Positions 8,234 through 17,219 of a DNA stretch of 22,883 bases are shown here, one piece after another. Origin of the DNA: Deinococcota bacterium. GTDB lineage: Bacteria > Deinococcota > Deinococci > Deinococcales > Thermaceae. The stretch spans positions 1 to 22,883 of the forward strand of contig JBGFRI010000041.1 in assembly GCA_041695225.1 (NCBI GenBank), written 5' to 3'. The notes beneath the pieces are model-generated. The model worked only from the letters and a program-made list of their open reading frames with translations. It searched no databases and had not been told where the DNA came from. Position numbers and translations under genes: made by a program. The number at the start of each line of letters is the position of its first letter. Position 1 is the stretch's first letter.

Positions 8234-9538
8234 TCACCCATCCAGCCGCTGTACCACCCCTACTAGCTGGCTGGAGATGGCCTCGATGGCCTCGGCCGGC
8301 CCTTCTACCATCACCCGCACCAGCGGCTCGGTGCCCGAGGGGCGCACGTTTACCCGGCCCTGGCCGACAAGCTGCTGCTCGGCCTCGAGGATAGCCTGTT
8401 GTAGATCGGCGCTCTGCATCACCTTTTGTTTGTTTTTGACCTGCACATTCTTCAAAAGCTGGGGGTACATCGGTAGGGCATCATACCAGTCAGCCAGATC
8501 CCTGCCTGATTCACGCATGGCTCGCAGCGTCAAAATGGCCGTAAGCATTCCATCACCGGTGGGGGCGTGGTCGAGGAACAGGATGTGGCCGCTCTGTTCG
8601 CCCCCCAGGGTCAGGGCCGAAGTCTGGAGTTTCTCGTAGACGTAGCGGTCGCCTACCGCAGTCCGGCAGAAGCCAATGCCGGCCTCGCGAAGCTTGGCCT
8701 CGAGGCCCATGTTGCTCATCAGGGTACCCACCACGCCCGGTTCTTTGCGTACCATGGCGTTAAGGTAAAGCACATGGTCGCCGTGGAACACCCTCCCCAG
8801 GCGGTCTATCAGAATCGCCCGGTCGCCATCACCATCGAAGGCCACCCCCAGATCAAAGTTCATCTCCACTACCTGCTGCCTTAAGAACTCGGGGTGGGTA
8901 GAGCCACAGCTTTTGTTGATGTTGCGCCCGTCGGGTGTGTTGAACATCACGAACACTTCGGCGCCCAGGCGCTGAAAAAGCCGGTGAGCCAGGCGGAAGG
9001 TGGCGCCGTTGGCAGCATCCAGCACAACCTTGAGCCCTTCCAGACTGGCGCCTTTGGAAGAAAGAAAGTCCAGGTACATCCGCTCGGCCTCGCGGAAATC
9101 GGAGACCGTGCCGATGCCATCGGTTTTGAACTCCCGGTCCAAGAGCGCTTCAATCTGGGTTTCTACCTCGTCGGGCAGCTTGTTTCCGGCCGAGCTGAAG
9201 AACTTGATGCCGTTGTCCTGGTAGGGGTTGTGGCTGGCCGAGATCATCACCCCGGCAGTAGCCCCCAGCTCACGGGCCAGGTAGGCCACTCCAGGGGTGG
9301 GCAGCACCCCCAGATGCTCCACCCGCACGCCCTGGGACATCAGACCCGCCGCCAGTGCGGCCTCGAGCATATCGCAGGACTGCCGGGTATCCTTCCCCAG
9401 CAAAATCACCGGCCGTTTGACGGTGCCTTTGAAAAAGAATCCCGCAGCCTGACCCAGCTTGAGGACGAATTGCGGGGTCAGGGGTGGCTCGCCGGCCACT
9501 CCCCGCACCCCATCGGTTCCGAAATATCTGCGTTCCAT
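8234..9538 (-). CDS. glmM: Phosphoglucosamine mutase
   Basis: FGTDGVRG, catalytic ISASHNP, DGDGDR metal loop, GGEQSGH, RPSGTEP. Confidence 0.96.
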   Translation of the reverse strand: MERRYFGTDGVRGVAGEPPLTPQFVLKLGQAAGFFFKGTVKRPVILLGKDTRQSCDMLEAALAAGLMSQGVRVEHLGVLPTPGVAYLARELGATAGVMISASHNPYQDNGIKFFSSAGNKLPDEVETQIEALLDREFKTDGIGTVSDFREAERMYLDFLSSKGASLEGLKVVLDAANGATFRLAHRLFQRLGAEVFVMFNTPDGRNINKSCGSTHPEFLRQQVVEMNFDLGVAFDGDGDRAILIDRLGRVFHGDHVLYLNAMVRKEPGVVGTLMSNMGLEAKLREAGIGFCRTAVGDRYVYEKLQTSALTLGGEQSGHILFLDHAPTGDGMLTAILTLRAMRESGRDLADWYDALPMYPQLLKNVQVKNKQKVMQSADLQQAILEAEQQLVGQGRVNVRPSGTEPLVRVMVEGPAEAIEAISSQLVGVVQRLDG

Positions 9539-9586
9539 CTTGCATAGTCTATACCCTGCCGATATCCCACCAGAGGTTCACCGTGC

Positions 9587-9813
9587 CTAGTCCATACGTC
9601 CCGATAAACACCTTCTCTCGGCCGAGCAGAAGACCTCCATACCCAGCCGATAGCCGCCAGAGATTCGCTCCAAGACCTTCGGCATCGGCGAGGCCACGGG
9701 TCTGATGGCCGGGGTCATCAGGCTGGGAGCCTGACCGGCGCCCCCAGACGCGCGGCCGTGAAGGCTGCTTCCGAACCTGCTAAGCCCCCCCCGATCACGT
9801 GAACCGTCTTCAT
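9587..9813 (-). pseudogene. trmFO: Internally deleted remnant of FAD-dependent tRNA m5U54 methyltransferase TrmFO
   Basis: From 9813 the minus strand reads MKTVHVIGGGLAGSEAAFTAARLGAPVRL, then a stop at 9718..9720, a frameshifted MTPA(H) and later YRLGMEVF. These resemble my recollection of the TrmFO N-terminus (VxVxGAGLAGSEAA...MTPAH) and C-terminal helix. Confidence 0.75.
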
Positions 9814-9872
9814 CCCCAGTAGTGGATGCCTGTACTCACCCCGTGTGGGTAGTCCGGTACAGCATCCATCGC

Positions 9873-9910
9873 AAAACGACAATTGCTGCCCAGATGAGCA
9901 GCAATTGTCG
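9873..9910 (-). terminator. Rho-independent terminator after the VKOR gene
   Basis: Perfect 13-bp stem CGACAATTGCTGC/GCAGCAATTGTCG, 8-nt loop, followed by TTTT on the minus strand. Confidence 0.75.
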
Positions 9911-9965
9911 AGTACAGGACACTTAAAGTAGAACGCCTTGCCGCGGAGTAGCTGAAAAGATCGCT

Positions 9966-10592
9966 CTAGCGCCCGGGAATGGGCAGCGGCAGAACCGTAA
10001 CCAGGTGTAGCATGGCCAGTGCAGCCAGGGGTATGACAAACAAGGCTACCGGCCAGCCCAATGCTTTGCCCTCGAGGCCCGCCAGCCCAAGCTTGCTGAG
10101 GGGTGGGGCCTCGCTGTTTTTGTAAATGGCCAGCGCCAGGAGGAACAACAGGGTGCTGGTGCCTGCCGACAGCATACAGAACGGGCAGATGGCCTCGATA
10201 ACAAACAGCTGAAGGTACACGAAGATAGCAGAAGAAAGCACGCCCAACACCGATAAAGGAAGGAATACTCGCTCAACATGTGGCAGGCGGTGGAACCGCC
10301 AGGTGAGTACCAGGGTAAGGACCAGCAAGTAATAGACCGCACCGTAGACCGAGGTGGGAATGCCGAGAATATAGGCCCATTCGCTGGTTAGTACGGCCCA
10401 CCCCGTGCCTGCGACCCGCGCACCCTCCGGTAGCGGCAGAATGGCATAGTGAATCGCGGTAAGCATGGTGGTGTCGAGCCATCCAATGAAGGCCACCACA
10501 CCTGCCGCACCAAACAAAAGGCTCAAGAGGCGGTTACGAGTACCAGTGTCTGCTTTGCCGGGGGCCAGGCTGGCCGTTTTGTGTGTTTGCAT
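9966..10592 (-). CDS. Vitamin K epoxide reductase (VKOR) family membrane protein
   Basis: VLTSEWAYILGIP and YLQLFVIEAICPFC motifs, multiple TM helices. Start at MQTHK (AAGGAAG upstream) preferred over 10676. Confidence 0.85.
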   Translation of the reverse strand: MQTHKTASLAPGKADTGTRNRLLSLLFGAAGVVAFIGWLDTTMLTAIHYAILPLPEGARVAGTGWAVLTSEWAYILGIPTSVYGAVYYLLVLTLVLTWRFHRLPHVERVFLPLSVLGVLSSAIFVYLQLFVIEAICPFCMLSAGTSTLLFLLALAIYKNSEAPPLSKLGLAGLEGKALGWPVALFVIPLAALAMLHLVTVLPLPIPGR

Positions 10593-10792
10593 CCAGGTCA
10601 CTTCCTTCTGAGATTCTGGTCTATAAACTGTAGAGCCCAGGGGCTTACGATACCCCCCAGAGGTATCTGGAGTCATCCTACAACCAGATAGCGATACAAG
10701 TCAACATGGCGGTACCCAGCAGGGGTTCTTACTACCGCCTCGAACAGCCTGCCCACGGCGCTGGCATCTCTTGGGGAGTGTAAGATATCCAC

Positions 10793-11206
10793 ATGGACAG
10801 AAGAATACGGGTACTAATTGCCAAACCCGGTCTGGATGGCCACGATCGCGGGGCCAAGGTAGTAGCCCGAGCCCTCCGCGACGCCGGGATGGAGGTCATC
10901 TACACCGGTCTGCGCCAGACCCCAGAGATGATTGTCTCTGCGGCAGTGCAAGAAGACGTAGATGCCATTGGGCTCTCGGTTTTGTCCGGGGCCCATATGC
11001 ACTATTTTAGCGAGGTTCACCGCTTGCTTAGCGAGCAGGCTGCCGGCGACATCCTGCTTTTTGGTGGGGGGATCATCCCCGACGAAGACGTACCACATCT
11101 CAAAGCGATGGGGGTCTCGGGTATTTTTGGCCCCGGCACCAGCACCCAGGACATAGTGGAATTTTTGCAGAAGGCCGCCCCGCAGCGTTGGGCCACCCAA
11201 CACTAA
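10793..11206 (+). CDS. Cobalamin-binding subunit of a methylmalonyl-CoA mutase-type enzyme
   Basis: [10 protein letters not shown] (DxHxxG), GLSVLSGAH and GGIIP motifs. Confidence 0.93.
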   Translation: MDRRIRVLIAKPGLDGHDRGAKVVARALRDAGMEVIYTGLRQTPEMIVSAAVQEDVDAIGLSVLSGAHMHYFSEVHRLLSEQAAGDILLFGGGIIPDEDVPHLKAMGVSGIFGPGTSTQDIVEFLQKAAPQRWATQH

Positions 11207-11248
11207 CTGAAGGATTGACCAAAACCCCAAGAGCGAAGGAGTCCCCCA

Positions 11249-11896
11249 ATGGCAACTGCCCGCAGCAAGACCACCAAGGTTGGGCGCAAAAAGCCCGCCA
11301 CCACAACACCACCCTCGACTGAGCCCACCGCCTGGGTCCGGGTTCCGCCCGAATCGGACCTACCTGAGGGTGTGCAGACTCTGTTTGAGAAGTTCAAGGA
11401 AAAAACCGGCTTCGTTCCCAATGTGGCCCGCAATTTTGCCCTGACCCCGGAACACTTTATGCGCTGGTTCCGGTACTACGACTATCTGATGCGTAACGAG
11501 GAGGATAGCCACCTCAGCCGCAAAGAGCGGGAGATGATTGCGGTGGTGGTGTCTTCGGCCAACAATTGCGAGTACTGCCTGGCTTCGCACTCGGCTTATC
11601 TACGCGAGATCACCCGCGACCCGGTTCTGCCCGACATTCTGGCGGCCAACTTCCGCCGGGCCCACCTGACCCCCAAAGAACATGCCCTTCTGGAGTTTGC
11701 CTACCAGATCACGCTGGACTCGGCGGTGATGAGCTCCGCCGATGTGCAGATGCTGCGTTCCATAGGGTTTTCCGACCAGGCCATTTTCGAAGCAGCCCAG
11801 GTCGCCGCCATGTTCAACTTCACCAACCGCCTGGCCAACGCCATGGGCTGGGTGCCCAACGAGGTGTACTACCACCAGCACCGCAGCAAAAAGTAG
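11249..11896 (+). CDS. AhpD-like peroxidase-related enzyme
   Basis: GFVPNV, EREMIAVVVSSANNCEYCLASH, MFNFTNRLA; AAGGAG RBS. Confidence 0.9.
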   Translation: MATARSKTTKVGRKKPATTTPPSTEPTAWVRVPPESDLPEGVQTLFEKFKEKTGFVPNVARNFALTPEHFMRWFRYYDYLMRNEEDSHLSRKEREMIAVVVSSANNCEYCLASHSAYLREITRDPVLPDILAANFRRAHLTPKEHALLEFAYQITLDSAVMSSADVQMLRSIGFSDQAIFEAAQVAAMFNFTNRLANAMGWVPNEVYYHQHRSKK

Positions 11897-11904
11897 ACTG
11901 GGGC

Positions 11905-12081
11905 ATGGAAGGTCTAAAGCAGTTTAGTCTGTGGGCGGTAATCGCAGTCCTGGTGGGTGCGCTGGTGTATCTGGCCCAGTGGCAGGGCTGGATTCCTGAC
12001 AGCTTCCCGTACTGGGCGCTGGGTATAGTGGTGATTCTTGCGCTGGGGTTTGTCAACCTGCTAACAAGGGGACCAAGGTAG
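11905..12081 (+). CDS. Small 58-aa two-TM membrane protein
   Basis: ATG 8 bp after the upstream stop; MEGLKQFSLWAVIAVLVGALVYLAQ...WALGIVVILALGFVNLL. It is the C-terminal part of track ORF 11566..12081. Confidence 0.7.
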   Translation: MEGLKQFSLWAVIAVLVGALVYLAQWQGWIPDSFPYWALGIVVILALGFVNLLTRGPR

Positions 12082-12198
12082 TCCCGGGAGTTTGCACCGT
12101 AGGGTCAGGGTTGCTCCCAGACATAGGTTCCGGGGCCTCGAGTGGTCGGCAACACAGCCCTCGAGCGAGATGGTCATGATTGCAACAACCTTTGACAT
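12061..12198 (-). pseudogene. N-terminal fragment of a dihydrofolate reductase/RibD_C-family gene
   Basis: AAAGGAG RBS then MSKVVAIMTISLEGCVAD, resembling the family start (S/T)xSLDGxxA. Similarity is lost after about 18 codons. Confidence 0.55.
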
Positions 12199-12500
12199 TG
12201 CGCGCTCCTTTCGAGGGCTCGAGGCCGTCTGCAGGCAATAGCCCAGTTGTTACGAGAACGTACTACAAACAACGAGACCGCAATAGCAAAGTCGCAAACC
12301 GCTCCATCAGCATCATCACCGTCTGGTAGCCAGCAATCGCTATCAGGTACCTTCTACGTACTGTCGGCCCGACTCCGGGCTAGCCTAGCGCCTGCGTTTT
12401 GCTGTCCGGTTTATGGGATCCACTACATCCACAGCGCTTCCTGTACAGTGATAAATGGCAGCTATTTCGCGTTTTGTTTTACCGGTGAGGGGGCCGCACC

Positions 12501-14459
12501 TCAGTTAACTTCTAGCTGCCCCGAGACCTCTGCCCACTGCTCAAAAGCCTGGCTCAGCCGGGCTTCCAGGCTCTGCTGTTCCTCGGCAATCTGGGTGTAC
12601 TCACTGTGGTGCAGGCCGGGCTCGACGGCGCGGGCGTGCAGGGTCTGAAGCCGCACCTCCAACTCGGCAATGTGAGCTTCAAGGCGCTCTTTCTCGCGCT
12701 CGAGGCGCCAGCGGCCTTTAACCTTGGGAGCAGCACTGGAATCAGGGTTCTGGCCCTCGACCCTCGACACTAAACCCTCGACTCTGCTGGACGCCACCCT
12801 GGCCTTGCGGCGATCAAGGTACTCGCTGGGCGGGGCCGGGTAGTCGGCAAACTGCCCATCGGCCAGGTGCCAGGTGCGGGTAGCGAGCTGGTCGAGGAAG
12901 AAGAGGTCGTGCGAGACCAGCAGCAGCGTACCGGGGTAGGCCAGCAGGGCTTGTTCCAGGGCTTCCACGGTCTCGAGGTCGAGGTGGTTGGTCGGCTCGT
13001 CCAGCACCAGCAGGCTGGCCTGCTGCAACGAGAGCGAGAGCAGGGCCAGCCGCGCCCGCTCCCCTCCCGAAAGATTTTTCACCTGTTTGAACTGGGCCTC
13101 GTAGGGGAACATCCAGCCCCCCAGCGCCGCATGGGCTTTCTCGCCCAGCAAGCGGTACAGCGTCTCGTAAAGGGTCAGGTCGGGGTCGGCCCCCATCCCC
13201 AAGTTCCCGAGTGAATCCATCGGGAGCGAGGGTGCGACCGCATTTGACCCGATGCCTGAGAGTTTCTGGTCGTAGTAGCCCACCCGCACCCCCGGCCCGG
13301 TTCTGACCCGCCCGGCCGGGCTATCGGAGGGTAGCAGCCCCAAGAGCACCTTGAGCAAGGTGGTCTTGCCCGCCCCATTGGGGCCGATGATGGCAATGCG
13401 TTCACGGTTGCGAACCAGCAGATGGGGAATATTGAACAGTACACGCCCCCCAAGGCTTTTGTGCAGCTCCCAGCCTTCCAGCACTCGCTCGGCGGTGACT
13501 GGCCTGGCAACCGGAAAGCGGATGCGCACCGTGGGGTCGTCGGCCTCGGGCGGCTGAACGATCTCTTCTAAAAACTGCTCCATGCGGGCCTTTAGGCTGT
13601 GCATCCGCCGGGCGTGCTTGGCGCTGCTGTGCGCCCAGCGCTGGGCTTGGTCCAGAATGCCCTCCCGCCGCTCTTTTTCTTTACGCCAGTTAGCATACTC
13701 GCGGGCCTCCTGCTCTTCCTGGATGGCCCGCTCCCGCCGGAAATCCGAGTAGTTGCCCTCATAAAGCCGGAGCCGGCCCCTGCGCAGCCAGGCCACGCGC
13801 CCGGTCACCCGGTCGAGGAACTGCCGGTCGTGCGAGACTGTCACGGTAGCTCCGCCATAGGACTGCAAGAAACTCACCAGCCAGTCCGTCATCTCGAGGT
13901 CGAGGTGGTTGGTCGGCTCGTCCAGCAAGAGCGCGTCCGAGCCCGAGAGCAGCAGCGCGCCCAGCGCCAGGCGGCGGGTCTCGCCGCCCGATAGCACACT
14001 GGTCTTCTCCTGTTCGCGCCCTTCGAGGCAGAGCCCCTTGAGCACGGCCTGGTAGCGAGAGCGCTGCTGATAGCCTCCAATGGCCTCGAAACGCTCGTGC
14101 AGCTCTTCCCAGCGTTGGTAGGTACTGGGGTCGGCCAGGTTGACCTCCAGCCTGGCCAGCTCGGCTTCCATGGCCTGCACCCGGGCAAACCCCCGCTTGA
14201 GCACCGACTCCACGGTCTCGCCCGGGCTGTACTGGGGGTCCTGGGGCAGAAGTTCCAGATGCACCCCCTCGGGCCGGTGTACGCGGCCCCGCGCTGGCTG
14301 TAACTCCCCCATCAGCAGGCGCATCAGGGTGGTCTTTCCCGAGCCATTGGCCCCCACCAGGGCCAGCCGGTCGCCGTGACGAAGCTCGAGGCTCACCCCC
14401 TCCAGCAGGTCGCGGGCTCCCAGGGTGTACTCGAGGTTCTCGGCAAAAACAATACGCAC
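12501..14459 (-). CDS. ABC-F family ATPase (Uup/YdiF-like)
   Basis: Two NBDs (GANGSGKTT, LSGGE, LLDEPTNHLD; GPNGAGKTT, LSGGE, VLDEPTNHLD), no TM segments, C-terminal coiled coil. GTG at 14459 lies 7 nt after a TACACT -10 box. Confidence 0.93.
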   Translation of the reverse strand: MRIVFAENLEYTLGARDLLEGVSLELRHGDRLALVGANGSGKTTLMRLLMGELQPARGRVHRPEGVHLELLPQDPQYSPGETVESVLKRGFARVQAMEAELARLEVNLADPSTYQRWEELHERFEAIGGYQQRSRYQAVLKGLCLEGREQEKTSVLSGGETRRLALGALLLSGSDALLLDEPTNHLDLEMTDWLVSFLQSYGGATVTVSHDRQFLDRVTGRVAWLRRGRLRLYEGNYSDFRRERAIQEEQEAREYANWRKEKERREGILDQAQRWAHSSAKHARRMHSLKARMEQFLEEIVQPPEADDPTVRIRFPVARPVTAERVLEGWELHKSLGGRVLFNIPHLLVRNRERIAIIGPNGAGKTTLLKVLLGLLPSDSPAGRVRTGPGVRVGYYDQKLSGIGSNAVAPSLPMDSLGNLGMGADPDLTLYETLYRLLGEKAHAALGGWMFPYEAQFKQVKNLSGGERARLALLSLSLQQASLLVLDEPTNHLDLETVEALEQALLAYPGTLLLVSHDLFFLDQLATRTWHLADGQFADYPAPPSEYLDRRKARVASSRVEGLVSRVEGQNPDSSAAPKVKGRWRLEREKERLEAHIAELEVRLQTLHARAVEPGLHHSEYTQIAEEQQSLEARLSQAFEQWAEVSGQLEVN

Positions 14460-14552
14460 AGGCTTTAGTGTAGCAAGCCGGGCCAGACCAATGAACCAGA
14501 CAACTGGCAACTTTCGCGACCCTCAACATACTAGGCCCAACTAGCCAGGCTT

Positions 14553-14829
14553 TTATCCTGAGATCAGAAAAGTGTGTCGGTGTCACCCTGAACGAAGTGA
14601 AGGGTCTGATGCGCTGTACTGCCTGAATGTGGTGGACTTAAGCGCATTAGATTCTTCGGCCTGGCGGCCTCAGAATGACACCTCGGTAGCTTGGTCTATG
14701 CACGAGAGGCCCGTTCCACTTTTGCGATTGGTACCTGGTCAGGTGCTAGACCTCTATCGCGAAATCGGAAAAGTGTGTCGCTGTCACCCTGAACGAAGTG
14801 AAGGGTCTGATGCCCTGTACTGCCTGAAT
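14553..14829 (+). repeat. MITE/REP-like palindromic repeat cluster (one full unit plus one partial unit)
   Basis: Core TGTCACCCTGAACGAAGTGAAGGGTCT...AGATTCTTCGGCCTGGCGGCCTCAGAATGACA (14581..14680); the 5' part recurs at about 14754..14829; 14623..14681 is identical to 18851..18909. Confidence 0.85.
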
Positions 14830-14907
14830 TCATTAGAAAGCCACCCACTCGAGTATTTGTGGTAAAGAGCGCGTTTAGCAGTGGGGCTTTGCGCCCAAAA
14901 AGCGAAT

Positions 14908-14932
14908 GGCTGGCCCTGGGGTTGGGCCAGCC
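14908..14932 (-). terminator. Stem-loop downstream of the poly-Asp protein gene
   Basis: GGCTGGCCC-7 nt-GGGCCAGCC; the T-run on the minus strand is offset by 6 nt. Confidence 0.45.
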
Positions 14933-14950
14933 TGGTCTCTCTATGAGGAA

Positions 14951-15511
14951 TTAATCGTCGTCTTCGTCATCATCGTCATCATCGTCATCATCATCGTCTT
15001 TGTCATCATCGTCATCATCGTCATCATCGTCCTGGTCATCATCATCGTCGTAGTCATCGTCACTACGGTCCTTTGCCACCTCGGCTTTCGCCCTGGCCAG
15101 GGCATCCGAAACGGGTACACCTTTTTCCTTGAGATCAATAACCCGGTAGGTGATGGTGGTAACCTCACTCAGGCTAGTGTCGGCAGCAACTGCCGCACGC
15201 AGAACGTACATGGCGGTCTCCGCGGCAATTCCAACCTTGACCAGATCTATCAGGGCTTCGCCAATGTCGCGGAACTCTTTACGGAAGGTGGCCTTATCCA
15301 GGTTGAACTCGGCTTGCAGCCGGATTACCCCTATGGCCGCACCCTCGCCCAAAACCACCACTAACTGCGAGTAGTCGGAGGGTTTCAGCCCCACAGACTG
15401 GGCCAGCTCAGTCAAAGTCTTGGTGGGGGCCGCGACGGGCTGGATTTGCACGGAAGCAAACACCGCCCCAAGGGTAAGCACGGTTGCCAGGGTTGCCAGA
15501 TACTTTTTCAT
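14951..15511 (-). CDS. Secreted protein with a C-terminal poly-aspartate tail
   Basis: AAGGAG RBS; signal peptide MKKYLATLATVLTLGAVFA; helical core; tail DDDYDDDDDQDDDDDDDDDDKDDDDDDDDDDDEDDD encoded by mixed GAT/GAC codons. Confidence 0.85.
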   Translation of the reverse strand: MKKYLATLATVLTLGAVFASVQIQPVAAPTKTLTELAQSVGLKPSDYSQLVVVLGEGAAIGVIRLQAEFNLDKATFRKEFRDIGEALIDLVKVGIAAETAMYVLRAAVAADTSLSEVTTITYRVIDLKEKGVPVSDALARAKAEVAKDRSDDDYDDDDDQDDDDDDDDDDKDDDDDDDDDDDEDDD

Positions 15512-15718
15512 CCCATATCTCCTTTTTGTGCCTAACCGGTTCTTCCGGTTCGCCTGGCAATATAGGCAGACTGCCTTAGCCCAGATATAACCGGGTATTA
15601 GCCACTTCTAATCTTGGGCGACCGTACTTTTTGCCACCCAAGATGCCCGTTTTTTGTGCTTCCGCCGGAAAACCTGCCACCTGACGTGTGCAAATATCCC
15701 ACACTAAGCCGCCGATAC

Positions 15719-15748
15719 TGCTACAATTTCCCTAGTTTCCAAGGAGGC
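15719..15748 (+). promoter_or_regulatory. Extended -10 promoter and RBS, duplicated upstream of both ankyrin genes
   Basis: TGCTACAAT...AGTTTCCAAGGAGGCCCGT-ATG here and again at 17321..17354. Confidence 0.65.
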
Positions 15749-15752
15749 CCGT

Positions 15753-17219
15753 ATGAGAACATTTTTGCCTATAGCACTGGCCATCCTCTTCTCTGCCACT
15801 GCCCTGGCCAACCCCTTGCTGACCCCCGAGTTCTGGCGTACCGCAACCCCAGCCAGCCTGGAACAGGCCATTCGTGCTGGTGCCCAGGTGAATGCGCGGG
15901 ATCAGCGTGGTTGGACGCCCTTTCACCATGCTGCCGCTAGCAGCACCACTCCAGCCATCCTCGAGACCCTGGTCCGGTTAGGGGCAGAGGCGAATGCGCG
16001 GACCGAGGTTGGTCTGACACCGCTTCACATTGCTGCGGCCCTAAACACCAGCCCCTCGGTCATCGAGACTCTGGTCCGGCTGGGGGCAGAGGTGAATGCG
16101 CGGGATCAGCGCGGTTGGACGCCCTTTCACCATGCTGCCGCTAGCAGCACCACTCCAGCCATCCTCGAGGCTCTGGTCCGGTTGGGGGCAGGGGTGAATG
16201 CGCGAGCTCAGGATGGTTCGACACCGCTTCACATTGCTGCTTTCAACAACACCATCTCCGCCATCATCGAGACCCTGGTCCGGTTGGGGGCGGAGGTGAA
16301 TGCACGCGAACAGCATGGTTCAACACCTCTTCATTCTGCTGCACATAACAACACCAGTCCTACCATAATCGAGACCCTGGTCCAGCTTGGGGCGGAGGTG
16401 AATGCGCGGGATCAGTTTGGTTCGACGCCGCTTCACGAAGCTGCCGCCCACAGCTCCACTCCTGCCATTCTCGAGACCCTGATCCGGCTGGGGGCCCAGG
16501 TGAATGCGCGAACTCACATTGGTTCGACACCGCTTCACTCTGCTGCACGCGACAGCACCGCTCCCCCAATCATCGAGACCCTGGTCCGGTTGGGGGCAGA
16601 GGTGAATGCGCGGGATCAGCGTGGTTGGACGCCCTTTCACCATGCTGCCGCTAGCAGCACCACTCCAGCCATCCTCGAGACCCTGGTTCGGTTGGGGGCG
16701 GAGGTGAATGCACGGACTCCAGGGGGTGTTACACCACTTCACATTGCTGCCGCCAACAACACCAGCCCGGCCACCCTTTCGGCCTTGGTCCGGCTGGGGG
16801 CAGAGGTGAATGCGCGGACCGAGCTTGGTTGGACACCGCTTCACCACGCTGCTGGTAGCAGCACCACCCCCGCCATCATCGAGGCTCTGGTCCGGCTGGG
16901 GGCAGGGGTGAATGCGCGAGCTCAGGATGGTTCGACACCGCTTCACATGGCTGCTTTCAACAACCCCAGCTCCGCCATCATCGAGACCCTGGTCCGGCTG
17001 GGGGCAGAGGTGAATGCACGGGATCAGGATGGTCGGACACCGCTTCACGACGCTGCCAGGTTTGGTGAAGACTCCAATGTGCTTTTGAAACTGCTGGAGC
17101 TGGGAGCCGACCCCAGGGCACGGGACCGGGCGGGCAGCACCGCCTGGGATCTTATTCAGCGGAATGAGAAACTGAGAAACACCCCGGCCTTCTGGAGGCT
17201 AAACGACCTGCGGTTTTAG
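15753..17219 (+). CDS. Secreted ankyrin-repeat protein (12 x 34-aa repeats)
   Basis: Signal peptide ending ATALA; GxTP(L/F)HxAA...LVRLGAEVNAR repeats with a 102-bp DNA period; AAGGAGG RBS. Confidence 0.95.
   Translation: MRTFLPIALAILFSATALANPLLTPEFWRTATPASLEQAIRAGAQVNARDQRGWTPFHHAAASSTTPAILETLVRLGAEANARTEVGLTPLHIAAALNTSPSVIETLVRLGAEVNARDQRGWTPFHHAAASSTTPAILEALVRLGAGVNARAQDGSTPLHIAAFNNTISAIIETLVRLGAEVNAREQHGSTPLHSAAHNNTSPTIIETLVQLGAEVNARDQFGSTPLHEAAAHSSTPAILETLIRLGAQVNARTHIGSTPLHSAARDSTAPPIIETLVRLGAEVNARDQRGWTPFHHAAASSTTPAILETLVRLGAEVNARTPGGVTPLHIAAANNTSPATLSALVRLGAEVNARTELGWTPLHHAAGSSTTPAIIEALVRLGAGVNARAQDGSTPLHMAAFNNPSSAIIETLVRLGAEVNARDQDGRTPLHDAARFGEDSNVLLKLLELGADPRARDRAGSTAWDLIQRNEKLRNTPAFWRLNDLRF

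Noticed and set aside
9755..9790. CAGGTTCGGAAGCAGCC on the minus strand resembling SRP RNA
   Set aside because: It lacks the full GGAA tetraloop stem and is better explained as the AGSEAA codons of the trmFO remnant.
14572..14865. ORF with duplicated CHPERSEGS (also ORF 18989..19234)
   Set aside because: Translations of non-coding palindromic repeats.
14906..15364. Hydrophobic Val/Ile-rich ORF on the + strand and Met/Thr-rich ORF 14941..15168
   Set aside because: Alternative-frame shadows of the poly-Asp codons; the 14951..15511 frame has the RBS and signal peptide.
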